Below are positions 11,831 to 21,758 of a stretch of DNA of 64,000 nt, piece by piece. Below the pieces are notes generated by a model. That model was given only the letters and a program-made list of their open reading frames with translations, searched no databases and was not told where the DNA came from. This DNA comes from Mayamaea pseudoterrestris. Its lineage: Eukaryota. The position numbers and the translations under genes were made by a program. Numbering within the stretch: position 1 is the stretch's first letter; every line of letters starts with the position of its first letter. The DNA lies in NCBI GenBank assembly GCA_027923505.1, contig BROI01000005.1:868001-932000 (forward strand), written 5' to 3'.

Positions 11831-14800
11831 GGGACTGCCTTCATGACGTGCCTGTCGTGTAGCTGCTGCATTTCCTTGCGCACTGCCTCCACTCCAGCAT
11901 CGCCAAAAGCCTTTAAACCTTGTCGCATATTCATCTGTGCCGTGACGAGTGGCTCCGACACTTCCTCTGCAGCGTCGAGCGTGAACAAATGAGCGAACGA
12001 GCGAGGTTTGCGCGCACGCAGGCCATACCGACCAGTGCGTGGGCCATAGCGCGCATCGAAATCCTCTTCGTCTGCAGCAGCTGGCACTCCTTCAATTTCG
12101 CCTTCATCGGGCACTCCTTCAATTTCGCCATCATCCACGGCTGGCGCGTCGTCAAGTTCGCCGTCAATGGCCTCACCATCCTCGTCGTTCGGCACTCCTT
12201 CGATTGCGCCGTCAGCACCATCGTCGTCGTCGTCGTCGTCATCGGTCGCATTCACTCCTTCGCTTCCGCCGGCAGAGTCGTCGTCACCGCGAGAAGCGTC
12301 GTCATCATAATCAGAGTCATCATCATCCTCGGCGTCATCTTCGTGCCACATGACTGGCTCAGCAGCCTCCGCAACACGGTGGCGGTCCATGAACACGATG
12401 CCCGGATTGGCCTTCTGTTGACGAGCGAGACGATGCACGCGCTCAATGACATCATCAGGCATGGGCAAAGGCGTAGCGTGCCCACGATTCAGAACTTTGC
12501 CCGAAGACAAACTGAGGAAATAAAACCCACCCTGCACATTACCAGTCGGGCGCAGAGCCAGCGCACCGATCGTGCGCGCCTGCATGTCATTGCTGTGCGA
12601 CTCATGCGTTTGCACATACTGACCAAATTCATACTTGCAATGCCGATTAAAGTCAACTGTCTGACCAGTCACAATAGTGCGTGGACTGAGATCCTTCGAA
12701 ATGCCACGCTCGTTCGGAAACGCATTCAACCAAAACACGGCAGACTTCGTCATTTCGATAACCAAGCGTGCCGGCACGTGCTTAAATGGCAACGTGTTGT
12801 ATGTCGCGCGCACCCGTTCTTTCACGACACGGATAAAACGTTCAATTTCGCCAACGTGTTCATCCTCAGATGTCGCATTGAGCGCCACTCCGAGATCAGC
12901 CAACGCGCCAAGCATTGGAGCGAACTCCCCATCCATCAGAGCCGCGACGACACGGAACCCACCGCGTGCGTAAATCTTCAACACAGACTCGATTGCCTTC
13001 AACATAACCGGAAGCGTACGGTTTTGAATCACCTCAACCGTAGCAAAACGAATGCTGCGGGAGAACGTCACCAACATAGGGACTTTGTTGATATACATGA
13101 TGTCAGCACAAAGAGTAACGTCTCGATAGCGACTCATGATAGCCGGTGGAAGCTGCTCAACAATCGCAGGCTTCACCAGATGCGACGCGCGACGCGTCGT
13201 CTTTCCTTTTAACGAGCCAACATCTGGTCCAAAGATGTGCTCAGCAGCCAGGATGTCGGCCTTCGTCACAGGACAGTTCGGCAACTGATTGCTAGTAACG
13301 ATGCGCAGGTAATCCTTGAGGCTTGGCCGTCCAATTTTGATTTGCAGTTCCCTAGCTCTAACAGCGCGTAAATAGTCATCATTGGTGTAGTTAGTACGGT
13401 TATCGTCTACCGTAGTCAACATCGCCACTCCATCCTTGACATCGCTGCGCTTGCCCTTCGAAAAGCTCTCGCAAACATACAGCCCAGAGTCAGTCTCGAC
13501 AAACTCTCGCTGCTTACCATCCGGCTTCTCCACAACGAACATTGGACGATCCACGCCGTGCATGAGATACTCCACGGTAAACTTCTTGCGGACTTGCGCC
13601 AAACTCAAAATGTTCGCCAGTCCCTGCGGATACCACCACACCGGACCATAGCCCTCCAGGTCGCCCATCATGTTCGTCCTTACTGTACCAGCGTTGCACT
13701 TGATCACCATCCACGTTGGCACCGGGCGAATGTTCGTCAGCATCTTGGCGTTGCAGAACAGATCCACTGTCGACTGATTGTCCAAGAGCACAGCCTTCTT
13801 CGAGATGTTCACCTTCGGCGGCTGCGCGAACATGTATCCGACCTCATCGTCGTCATCGCTTTCTTCCTCGCTACCCAGCGTGAAGTGCTGCGCCCCACTA
13901 GCCTCTGCAGCCGGCGCACTCTCCGTAGACTCCGTTCTCGTAGGACAGTCTCGCTGCACATGACCAACCTGTTGACAGGTCCAGCATCTGGGAGGGTCAC
14001 GCGCTGTACCAGTCGTGTGAAACGCCACGCCCTCGTTCGTTGGCAACGTGGCTTCTCCATCCGCATGCTCACGACGCTGCATGATGTTGTATGCATCGTG
14101 GATCGTCAACGGGAAGTTGTCGTGCCCGTCGAGGTAGCAGTTGCGCAAGTGCTTGCAATACCCAGCGTATTCGCCCGTTGCGCCACGCACGAAAAGCATC
14201 GCAAGCTCGAGCTCTTCGGCGGCCTTGATATCCTCCTTGTTCGCCTTGTTACGATTGTCATCCTTGGCAATGTTCAACGCCACAATCTCGTTGTGCATCG
14301 TGACGCCAACCGCCTTCGCCACGTCTGCCAGCGTGACCATGCTTTCGTAATATTTCTGCAGGCTTTCGCGCGCTCCTTGAGTACGTCCGAACAACTCAGC
14401 TTGAATGTCCACGACTTGATCCACAAGTTTGCAGCGCCCTTCGTACGTATGCGAGATCTCCTTGATAATCGCCAGCAACTTAATTCCGTCCGTGTCCTCC
14501 TCGGCGTCTCGGAACTTGGCGTGCGACTTGACACGATCCTTCATACGCTCCGTGCATTGTCCATGCAACACGGCGTAGAGACCAGCGAGGAAGTCGGAGT
14601 ATACACGCACGCGCTCGACATGCTCTTTCTTGTCGGCCTTGTATTCCTCGAGCATTATGGACCAGTCCGAGTCCGTCGTGTCGGCATCCTTCGTTGGACG
14701 TGCAGGCTCGTCAGGAATCTCCAGTTCCACGTTGCGCATGCCCTTGAGCAGCTCCTTGGTATATTTCTTGTAGGAGCGCCCGACGAAAGTGATGATCTCG

Positions 14801-15078
14801 TTCGTCGTACGGATGAATCCATCGGGATCGCGCGAACCGTTATAGTCGTAGATGAATCCAGCGAGCGTCGGCTCGCTTCCTTGGAAATTTCCACTCGGCG
14901 CACGACTCGGTCCGTTGAGTCTGTTACCATTGCCTTGATTCCCGGAACGATTCCCAGCACGATTCCCACGACGATAATGACGGTTGCGTCGGTTTCCTTC
15001 GCTTGCTGGCGGAGCGGGAGGTGCACCTCCACCGCTCGACGCCGCTCCTGTCGTCGGAGTATTGCTCGTCGAAGACAT
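11818..15078 (-). CDS. Copia Gag-Pol, part 1 (Gag, CCHC knuckle, aspartic protease, integrase, acidic linker)
   Basis: Motifs CWTCQQVGHVQRDC, LLDNQST and the integrase core (ADIMYIN..MDGEF..EHVGEIERFIRVVKER). Confidence 0.95.
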   Translation of the reverse strand: MSSTSNTPTTGAASSGGGAPPAPPASEGNRRNRHYRRGNRAGNRSGNQGNGNRLNGPSRAPSGNFQGSEPTLAGFIYDYNGSRDPDGFIRTTNEIITFVGRSYKKYTKELLKGMRNVELEIPDEPARPTKDADTTDSDWSIMLEEYKADKKEHVERVRVYSDFLAGLYAVLHGQCTERMKDRVKSHAKFRDAEEDTDGIKLLAIIKEISHTYEGRCKLVDQVVDIQAELFGRTQGARESLQKYYESMVTLADVAKAVGVTMHNEIVALNIAKDDNRNKANKEDIKAAEELELAMLFVRGATGEYAGYCKHLRNCYLDGHDNFPLTIHDAYNIMQRREHADGEATLPTNEGVAFHTTGTARDPPRCWTCQQVGHVQRDCPTRTESTESAPAAEASGAQHFTLGSEEESDDDDEVGYMFAQPPKVNISKKAVLLDNQSTVDLFCNAKMLTNIRPVPTWMVIKCNAGTVRTNMMGDLEGYGPVWWYPQGLANILSLAQVRKKFTVEYLMHGVDRPMFVVEKPDGKQREFVETDSGLYVCESFSKGKRSDVKDGVAMLTTVDDNRTNYTNDDYLRAVRARELQIKIGRPSLKDYLRIVTSNQLPNCPVTKADILAAEHIFGPDVGSLKGKTTRRASHLVKPAIVEQLPPAIMSRYRDVTLCADIMYINKVPMLVTFSRSIRFATVEVIQNRTLPVMLKAIESVLKIYARGGFRVVAALMDGEFAPMLGALADLGVALNATSEDEHVGEIERFIRVVKERVRATYNTLPFKHVPARLVIEMTKSAVFWLNAFPNERGISKDLSPRTIVTGQTVDFNRHCKYEFGQYVQTHESHSNDMQARTIGALALRPTGNVQGGFYFLSLSSGKVLNRGHATPLPMPDDVIERVHRLARQQKANPGIVFMDRHRVAEAAEPVMWHEDDAEDDDDSDYDDDASRGDDDSAGGSEGVNATDDDDDDDDGADGAIEGVPNDEDGEAIDGELDDAPAVDDGEIEGVPDEGEIEGVPAAADEEDFDARYGPRTGRYGLRARKPRSFAHLFTLDAAEEVSEPLVTAQMNMRQGLKAFGDAGVEAVRKEMQQLHDRHVMKAVPNAL

Positions 15079-15105
15079 GTCTTTTCACTCGCTTCTTGGA
15101 GAAAA

Positions 15106-15316
15106 TGTTGGATCTAGAATATATCTTGCGCGCCCTTGAAGCGACACTAATGATTAAGCAGAACAGAGTCAATAAAACCACTTTACTTATTTTCTCCAAG
15201 AAGTGATCGTCCTCGATCCACTCCTTCGGTTGCCGCTTACCGCGCTTACTTAAATGTGACCGTCTTCGTGACGTCACCGCTGCCGCTTCGGTTTGGGTTC
15301 TCATCCATGCTCAACA
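15106..15316 (-). repeat. 5' LTR (211 bp, TGTTG...CAACA)
   Basis: Terminal inverted TGTTG/CAACA; 15115-15316 matches 10103-10304. Confidence 0.9.
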
Positions 15317-15792
15317 CAACGACGTTGACTCTCATTCCTTTGGCTACTTCCTCGCCTTGAACTCATCGGCCTTGCACCAGCGCGTAAATTAATCAGACTG
15401 CAATGACGGAGTAATAGATTGGCTGAAGGCAGATTGATATTGCAAGGCGCTTCAGTTGATTTCCCATGGTGTGTCAACGATTCGGCGGCAGCAACCCTTG
15501 CGGCATGCTCATGCTGTCGTTGTCGACGAGCTGGAACACTTCAAGTATCCATGAAACGGAGGATCAGACGCTATATATTGATGGATCTATGACAGCAGAC
15601 TCCAAGGGTCTGCTACGCGGGTAGCTGTACTCCATTTAGAGCGTGTAATGGACTGGAATCCTCGTTTGAGTGAAGGATGCACGCGCATTTACACGGTCGC
15701 TCGCGAGGAACAAAAGGCTCATTTTCAGTAGTGTACACTATTATCTAGCAGTCCATTATCATTAATAACATCATATTATAGCTTGTAAGTGG

Positions 15793-17286
15793 TTGCTACA
15801 TTGTAACTATGCTCCTATTAGGTGTCAGTGGACGTTTTGGTGGGTGGCCGTCAATTTAACACGGGCTATCGCGTGGCAAATTATCGCGATCCGGACCTCG
15901 TATAGAGACGGAGAAGAGCCACTGCGAGTTGCCTTCGTTGCCGCCATGAATGCCAAGAATGGCCGCGTTCAATGGGAATCGCTATCTGACGATGAAATGT
16001 TAAATCCAAAACCAAAGCTTCCCTTGCCACTACAAGACGATCTAAGGTCCTCCTTTGCCAGACGGCGACGGTCATTCAGTCACTCGATAAGCCGTAATCG
16101 TCATAGACAAGTACAGCAAAAAGAAAATTGCATGCACTTTTATCGACGGAGCATTCTTGCGTCGGGTATTTTGCCTTTCTTGTACTGGGATCACATGTTT
16201 GTTCAAACCAAGGCTCTGCATTTTGACTCGCAGCAAAAGCTAGAGAAGCAGTTTTATCATGCAAAACGTGCAGGAAACAAGATGAAGAGCTCGTGGTTTA
16301 CGGGCAAGCAAGGCAACGCTGCGCATCGTCATCAGCCAATGTTGCACTATGGCAAACCGAATGTTGTGGCGACAATTAATGAACACGGGTTGCAGATTCG
16401 CTCAATACGAAATGGCAGACTTCTTTGCCATTTGTCCTTCTGGGCAAACACACTGTATACGGACCTGAACCACGACGGCACACTTGATAGTGTCAGTTTA
16501 GTAATGAGTGGACGAAGCTTGCGCGACGACGACGACCAAGGCGAGAAGCGAAAGTGGGTCAGCAAATTGATTAAGAACATTGCCAAAGTGCGAGGCGATG
16601 TTAATGCCATGCGGCAAGTGGAAGCGGCGATTGAGACGCAAACCATTCTTGAAGCACATTTGTGTCACCTCACTGTCTTGTCGGGATTGCCAGCCAAGGA
16701 GGAACTCTTTTCGACCTTTCTTTGTGGACCATCGAACTTGCACGACGCTGAGGAATTTCATGCCTCTCCTGCGCCACCCCTCGTCGTCGAGGCCATTCAT
16801 GGTAGCGCACGGGATGTAGTTGTGGCTGTCAGCACGGGCTATGTAACTCGAGTACATGGAACCACTGGCCGTGTTGTTTGGCAGAACGGCCAGCTGAGGG
16901 CAAGTGATCCATTGTGGGAAGACGATGCTGTTTCCGCACTCACGCGAGTTCAATCAATGATGCTAGCGCCGGAGAGTCGACCTATTTTGCTTCATGGTGA
17001 AAGAAGCCTTGCTATATATTCCGCTCGTCATGGGAAGCTGTTAGAATCTTTGTCCTACCCGCAAAGTTCACGGTCGAAGCCAATTACTGATGATTTTAAT
17101 GGAGATGGCACAAGCGATGTGATTATTGGAACGGATGATGCACTGTGGGGATACATTATCCACGTGCAAGTGGGATCCCCCTTACTGTTTAGGGTTGCCG
17201 TTGGTCTTTTGCTTATGCTCATGATGCTTGCACTTCTGCGAAATCGCTTTGGACCGCAGCCAGGCCGTCGAAGTTCCGACGCATAA
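15793..17286 (+). CDS. FG-GAP repeat / beta-propeller membrane protein, NERD1-like; true 5' end not found
   Basis: Motifs PNVVAT..HGLQI..GRLLCHL, DLNHDGTLD, SGLPAKEELF and DFNGDGTSDVII, plus a C-terminal TM helix, resemble plant NERD1-type proteins. No signal peptide or N-terminal region is visible. Confidence 0.7.
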   Translation: MLHCNYAPIRCQWTFWWVAVNLTRAIAWQIIAIRTSYRDGEEPLRVAFVAAMNAKNGRVQWESLSDDEMLNPKPKLPLPLQDDLRSSFARRRRSFSHSISRNRHRQVQQKENCMHFYRRSILASGILPFLYWDHMFVQTKALHFDSQQKLEKQFYHAKRAGNKMKSSWFTGKQGNAAHRHQPMLHYGKPNVVATINEHGLQIRSIRNGRLLCHLSFWANTLYTDLNHDGTLDSVSLVMSGRSLRDDDDQGEKRKWVSKLIKNIAKVRGDVNAMRQVEAAIETQTILEAHLCHLTVLSGLPAKEELFSTFLCGPSNLHDAEEFHASPAPPLVVEAIHGSARDVVVAVSTGYVTRVHGTTGRVVWQNGQLRASDPLWEDDAVSALTRVQSMMLAPESRPILLHGERSLAIYSARHGKLLESLSYPQSSRSKPITDDFNGDGTSDVIIGTDDALWGYIIHVQVGSPLLFRVAVGLLLMLMMLALLRNRFGPQPGRRSSDA

Positions 17287-17363
17287 CATAATATTAAACA
17301 CAATACTAGCGCTCCGTTTTGCGTCGTCTATAAATTGCTTACAGGTACTCGTACAATGATTCG

Positions 17364-18884
17364 CTAAATGAACGACTCGTGTGATCTTTGACGGTTGTTG
17401 CCGCGACTCTTCCGAAGCCTTTCATCCAACGGCGTTTCAGCAGAGCCATCTCCCACTCCATGATTTTGACTAATCAAATCGCTGAGAAATGAAGCTCGAC
17501 CAGGAGTCGCTCCACGACCCTCGTCATCGTGAGTGCTGCCAGAGGCTTGCACACCCTGGGACAACAGCACCTTGACGTGCTCGCGACGCATAAGCGCATC
17601 TTGCTGCATGTTACGCAATGCAATCGATCGTTCTTCGGAAGACATGCCCCGTCGCTGACTAGCCTTCCTACGAGAAATCGTGACCGCATCTTTTTCATCT
17701 CGTCGTCGCTTTAACAAGTTCTTGTCAGGGCCAAAATCGGAATTAATGCGAACAGCGTCTCCTTGCAAGCCGTATTTGTCGCCTCGAGCCGTTACTTTAA
17801 AGTCGTCATCTTGGTCGAAACGTTGCAAAAATGTCTTTTTTGGATCGGGACTACTTGTGTGGTCATGGTGATGTGCATGCAGCCTTCGGTGGTCGTGTTC
17901 TGCTTCGCGACCGCCATTGTGACTTTCTTCATGTTTGCCGACGGAATTGCATCGACTGACGTCGTATCCTCCATGCTCTCTTCCATGAGCAGGAGTCGGT
18001 GACCGACTGTTTTGGTTGTCATGGTCCATTGAACTGTCACTGTCACTATTTCGACGTCTTCGCCGCCGGCTGTCACTTTCGTGACGTCTCAGGCTGCGAC
18101 TGCGAGACCTTCTTCCCTTGTGCCTCGAAGATCTTTTGCGAATTTCGTCAAAAGAAGATTCGGAAGATGACGCATCATGTCGGTGGCGTCTGGAATGCTT
18201 CTTGTGTTTTGACTTGCGCTTCTTCTCCCTCTTGTCAGCCTTGCGCTCCCTCTCCCTCCAATCATTGTCCTTGTGAATATCATTACCGCTCACCATAACA
18301 GCAGTTTTTCTTGTGACTTTTGCGTAAAGTTTCGCTTTCTGCTCTACGGCTCGATCCATCTCGCGTGACTTCAGCATGACGGCATACATCGGGTCTTCCA
18401 TGCGCAATCGAAAGGCTTCATTCTTCTCTGCCACGGATGGTTCGGACCATGCGGCTGCTGCTGTTGTCGCTGGGTTGCTGTCAGATGTTTTTTCCTCGTA
18501 ATGCTTCTTTTGTTCTAACAATACCTTGTTAAATCCGCCCTGCTCACCAGCCACAGCTGCCAAGTCACCTTTAGTCAATCGCGCGTCACTACCGATCGCC
18601 TTGCCTAGCAAATACTCCTCCTGTTCCTTGACAATATCTTCCTTGGCACACTCCTGACCATGATTATACATCCAGTCAATGCCTCTATCATATTGTGAAG
18701 CAGACTTTCCTGCGATTTTTGCTAATTCCTCCTGCTCTCGTTCCTGCTGAATCTGTTTGGCAAGTTCATGCGTCCGACGGTCTTCCTCAACCTTGCGTTG
18801 CTCGGCGATCCATACTTTCTCTTGATTAGCCAAATTTTGAGGATTAAATCCCTTTTTCGACAAGAACTTGAGGCCAGCGACCAT
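17364..18884 (-). CDS. CWC25: Pre-mRNA splicing factor CWC25 / CIR N-terminal domain protein
   Basis: N-terminal LKFLSKKGFNPQNLANQEKVWIAEQ, then IDWMY, EEYLLGK and RMEDPM, followed by an RS/H-rich tail. Confidence 0.8.
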   Translation of the reverse strand: MVAGLKFLSKKGFNPQNLANQEKVWIAEQRKVEEDRRTHELAKQIQQEREQEELAKIAGKSASQYDRGIDWMYNHGQECAKEDIVKEQEEYLLGKAIGSDARLTKGDLAAVAGEQGGFNKVLLEQKKHYEEKTSDSNPATTAAAAWSEPSVAEKNEAFRLRMEDPMYAVMLKSREMDRAVEQKAKLYAKVTRKTAVMVSGNDIHKDNDWRERERKADKREKKRKSKHKKHSRRHRHDASSSESSFDEIRKRSSRHKGRRSRSRSLRRHESDSRRRRRRNSDSDSSMDHDNQNSRSPTPAHGREHGGYDVSRCNSVGKHEESHNGGREAEHDHRRLHAHHHDHTSSPDPKKTFLQRFDQDDDFKVTARGDKYGLQGDAVRINSDFGPDKNLLKRRRDEKDAVTISRRKASQRRGMSSEERSIALRNMQQDALMRREHVKVLLSQGVQASGSTHDDEGRGATPGRASFLSDLISQNHGVGDGSAETPLDERLRKSRGNNRQRSHESFI

Positions 18885-19649
18885 GATAATTGAAGATTTC
18901 TCAGCTTGGGATTCGTAGTTTCGTAGTTGGGTCAATGGCTATGGTCAATTGACGAATTTCACGCCAGGATGATGTCATGTCGTACAGGTAAACGAATCGG
19001 AGAAAAGGTTCGTTATCCCAAAGAAGTGATGTGTCCGAGACACTGATTTTATAATCCCCCTTATTGAAATGACCATTAAAATGACGTTCCAGTGAAGCTC
19101 TACTTAACCCCTAATTGAAGTACTGCATTGTGCCGGTGATTAAATTAAATACTCCAGTAATCACATTTTGCTTGACCATGGCGTGCGGTGGCGCAAACTT
19201 TCTCGTCCGAGGCTTGCCGGCATTACAGATGAAACTGCAGGACACTCTGACAGTAACTTATCGTCATAATGGCTTGCAGAACAACTTAAAGTACACTGAA
19301 AAAGACCGGTGGTCGATCGATGTTAACACTATAATCTCTTGCCAGTGAGAAAGCGACAATACTCGCATTTTACAGCAAATCCGTCGGCGCAACAAGCAAT
19401 CAACAGGTTCAAATTTTTGCTCACGGCATGCTTTGGTATGTAAGCTATTAGATAACATGCTTACACGCTACTTCCACAACATTTCTTGGTGCGAACAGCT
19501 CGAGAATTCGTAGGACCACACATAGGCACACCCCGCCCGTCTACGTGCGACGTAACAATGACCCACGACCTACAGTCGCAACTTTCATGTCAAGGAGTAT
19601 GATATGTTAGTATTGAACCTAAAATTATAAAATACGTAACATGTTACTT

Positions 19650-21726
19650 TTACGGTGGCTGATATCCACTGGATGACGTAACTACTTGGTCGCTTTTGGT
19701 ATCCGAAAACTCTTTCAGGAAGAAACGCCGACTCTTCAAGTCAAACATCTTACGAACTGGTGGGTCGCTACCGCTAACAAAGCTGACGAAATTGAGCGTA
19801 TTGATCAGCCAAATGCTTCCAGCCCGACCAGTCGCACCACTGTCATCCCAAATTTTGTGTAAGTAAGTGCTGTCCTTGCACCACGAAACAGGGACGCAAC
19901 GCATACACTTTACCGACGGCTGATCCTTCGTTTTGGTGCCGACAAAACCAAGCGCGACAAATTCTTCGCTCGGTGGGACTGGTTCCCATCCGTAGAATTG
20001 ATTGGCCCCATGGGTCAAACTCCAAGCGAGGCGAAATCGAGCAGGATGAGGAAGGAAGCGATCCAGAACGTGAGGTAACCAACTACTTCCTCCGACCCAT
20101 CCGCCAGATGTATCCGTCACTTCAATGCAAAGACGATCCGTACTATCGCGATTGGGATTGTCGTAGCCCTTGCCACAATAGTGCCCAAGACAGACAGAAG
20201 CCTTGTTTTGCTTAAACCCGCCAGAAGCAATGTCTGGCTTCCAAATACTGATCTTGTCGCGTGACATGCTGCCTTGGCTGTTCCAAACTTTTGTAAACTT
20301 CGTAACTTTTCTGACTTTGACCTTGATCGATGCAAGAACAGGTTCAGGAATCTTGACAGCCCTCTTTTCTTCATTGCCCAATGGCATTGGTGGAAGGGCC
20401 AGCCCGCCATTGAATGCCACCGTGTTCTTAAAATCAGCATCTTCCTCAAAGGCCACGGCCATTTTGAATTCGTCAAGGTTGATGTAGCCATCCTGGTCCT
20501 TGTCGAGCTCCTTCATAAAACCGGCAATGAGAGCAGAATCTAGCTTTAACTCAAGCCATTCCATGCCACGGCGAATGTCCTCGGCGCTTAGTAATCCGTC
20601 TCGGTCCCGGTCAATTGCAGCAAACAAATCACGAGGATACATTCCGCGCTTCTTCAAAAGTGCCGTGATACGTCCAGCGGCAATCTTATAGTTTAGTAGG
20701 TGATGCTCATCTGCAGTGATAAAGATTTTCGAAAGAGCAGTCGTTTCGGGAGGTATCTGTTTGCGCCGCCGGTTACTTCGAACCTCAACAAAGTAGTTAT
20801 ACCGACGCTCAAGCTCGTTATTCTGGAGTGCCCTCAGCAATAGCGTCAATTCGCGAGGCTGATAGTTTACTTGGCTGTCAATAAAGCGAAAACATGCCTT
20901 TGATGTTTGGTCTTGATGACTCTGGGCCGGTTCATATCCATATGTGCAGTCGAGTAATGTGCGTTCTGATCTCAAGGCAACAGTTGTATCCTTTCCGGGA
21001 ATTAGCGGCAACGAAGATTGCTGATGAAGCACGGCTCGCATACATTCTGCTTCAAAGAGGGACAGTGCCACGTAGTAGCGACCCGCTTGAACTCGGTAGA
21101 ATTGACGTTGCGTGAGGTAATGCTTAAGCTCGTCAAAGGTGATTACCCGGTTAGAAAAATTTGGAATCGACTCAAAAAATTTGTCGCCGTCAGCTCCATC
21201 AACATCAACATCGACGGCTCTTAAAACTTCCTTTAACTCCGTGACAGATATGCTGCCAGTGCCGTCGCTGTCAGCTCCCAAAAAAGCCCTTCGTAGTGTC
21301 GCCTCCTGCTCCTTTGAAAAGCCTTTCCCAACGGCGGCTATTTCTCGCAGGGCATTTTTTGAAGGACAAAAGTCCATCGTAACGATGACATTCTTCAATC
21401 GCCTATGAGTCGTTAAGCTCCACTTCTTTTCGTAGTAATTGTTAGACATGAACATGTAGTCGGGAAGCTTCAATGAAATGGCCTTTGAAAACATGTAATT
21501 CTTGACTGAAAACTCTGAAGCAGGATAAAAACATTTCTCCCACGACTTGGGAATCGTTTCGCCACGAGATTTTGACTCTTTTAAGCGCTGTTCATGATCA
21601 GGGTCGTCGTCCTTTCGGGTCACGGACAGCGATGCAACTGACCACGGTACGGCAGCTTCTCCATCGCGCGAATACTTCTTTTTCTTGGCGCTTTCGCTGA
21701 CGACTTCTTCCTCTTCCTCCTCTTCT

Positions 21727-21758
<32 letters not shown>

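Larger units (their letters stand above)
10103..15316 (-). mobile_element. Ty1/copia LTR retrotransposon (diatom CoDi-like)
   Basis: Two LTR copies are identical by eye over 202 bp. Domain order is gag-zinc knuckle-protease-integrase-RT-RNase H. A PPT-like AAAGGAGTG abuts the 3' LTR. Confidence 0.97.

Noticed and set aside
11818..11840. Programmed ribosomal frameshift between integrase and RT
   Set aside because: There is no slippery heptamer, the position is atypical for copia, and further breaks downstream point to deletions or sequencing errors.
12080..12200. Short tandem repeats GGCACTCCTTCAATTTCGCC
   Set aside because: They encode the acidic EIEGVP linker between integrase and RT and are not a separate element.
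11920..15117. Long plus-strand ORFs (430 and 519 aa) antisense to gag-pol
   Set aside because: They overlap the real ORF on the opposite strand, have no motifs and are explained by codon bias.
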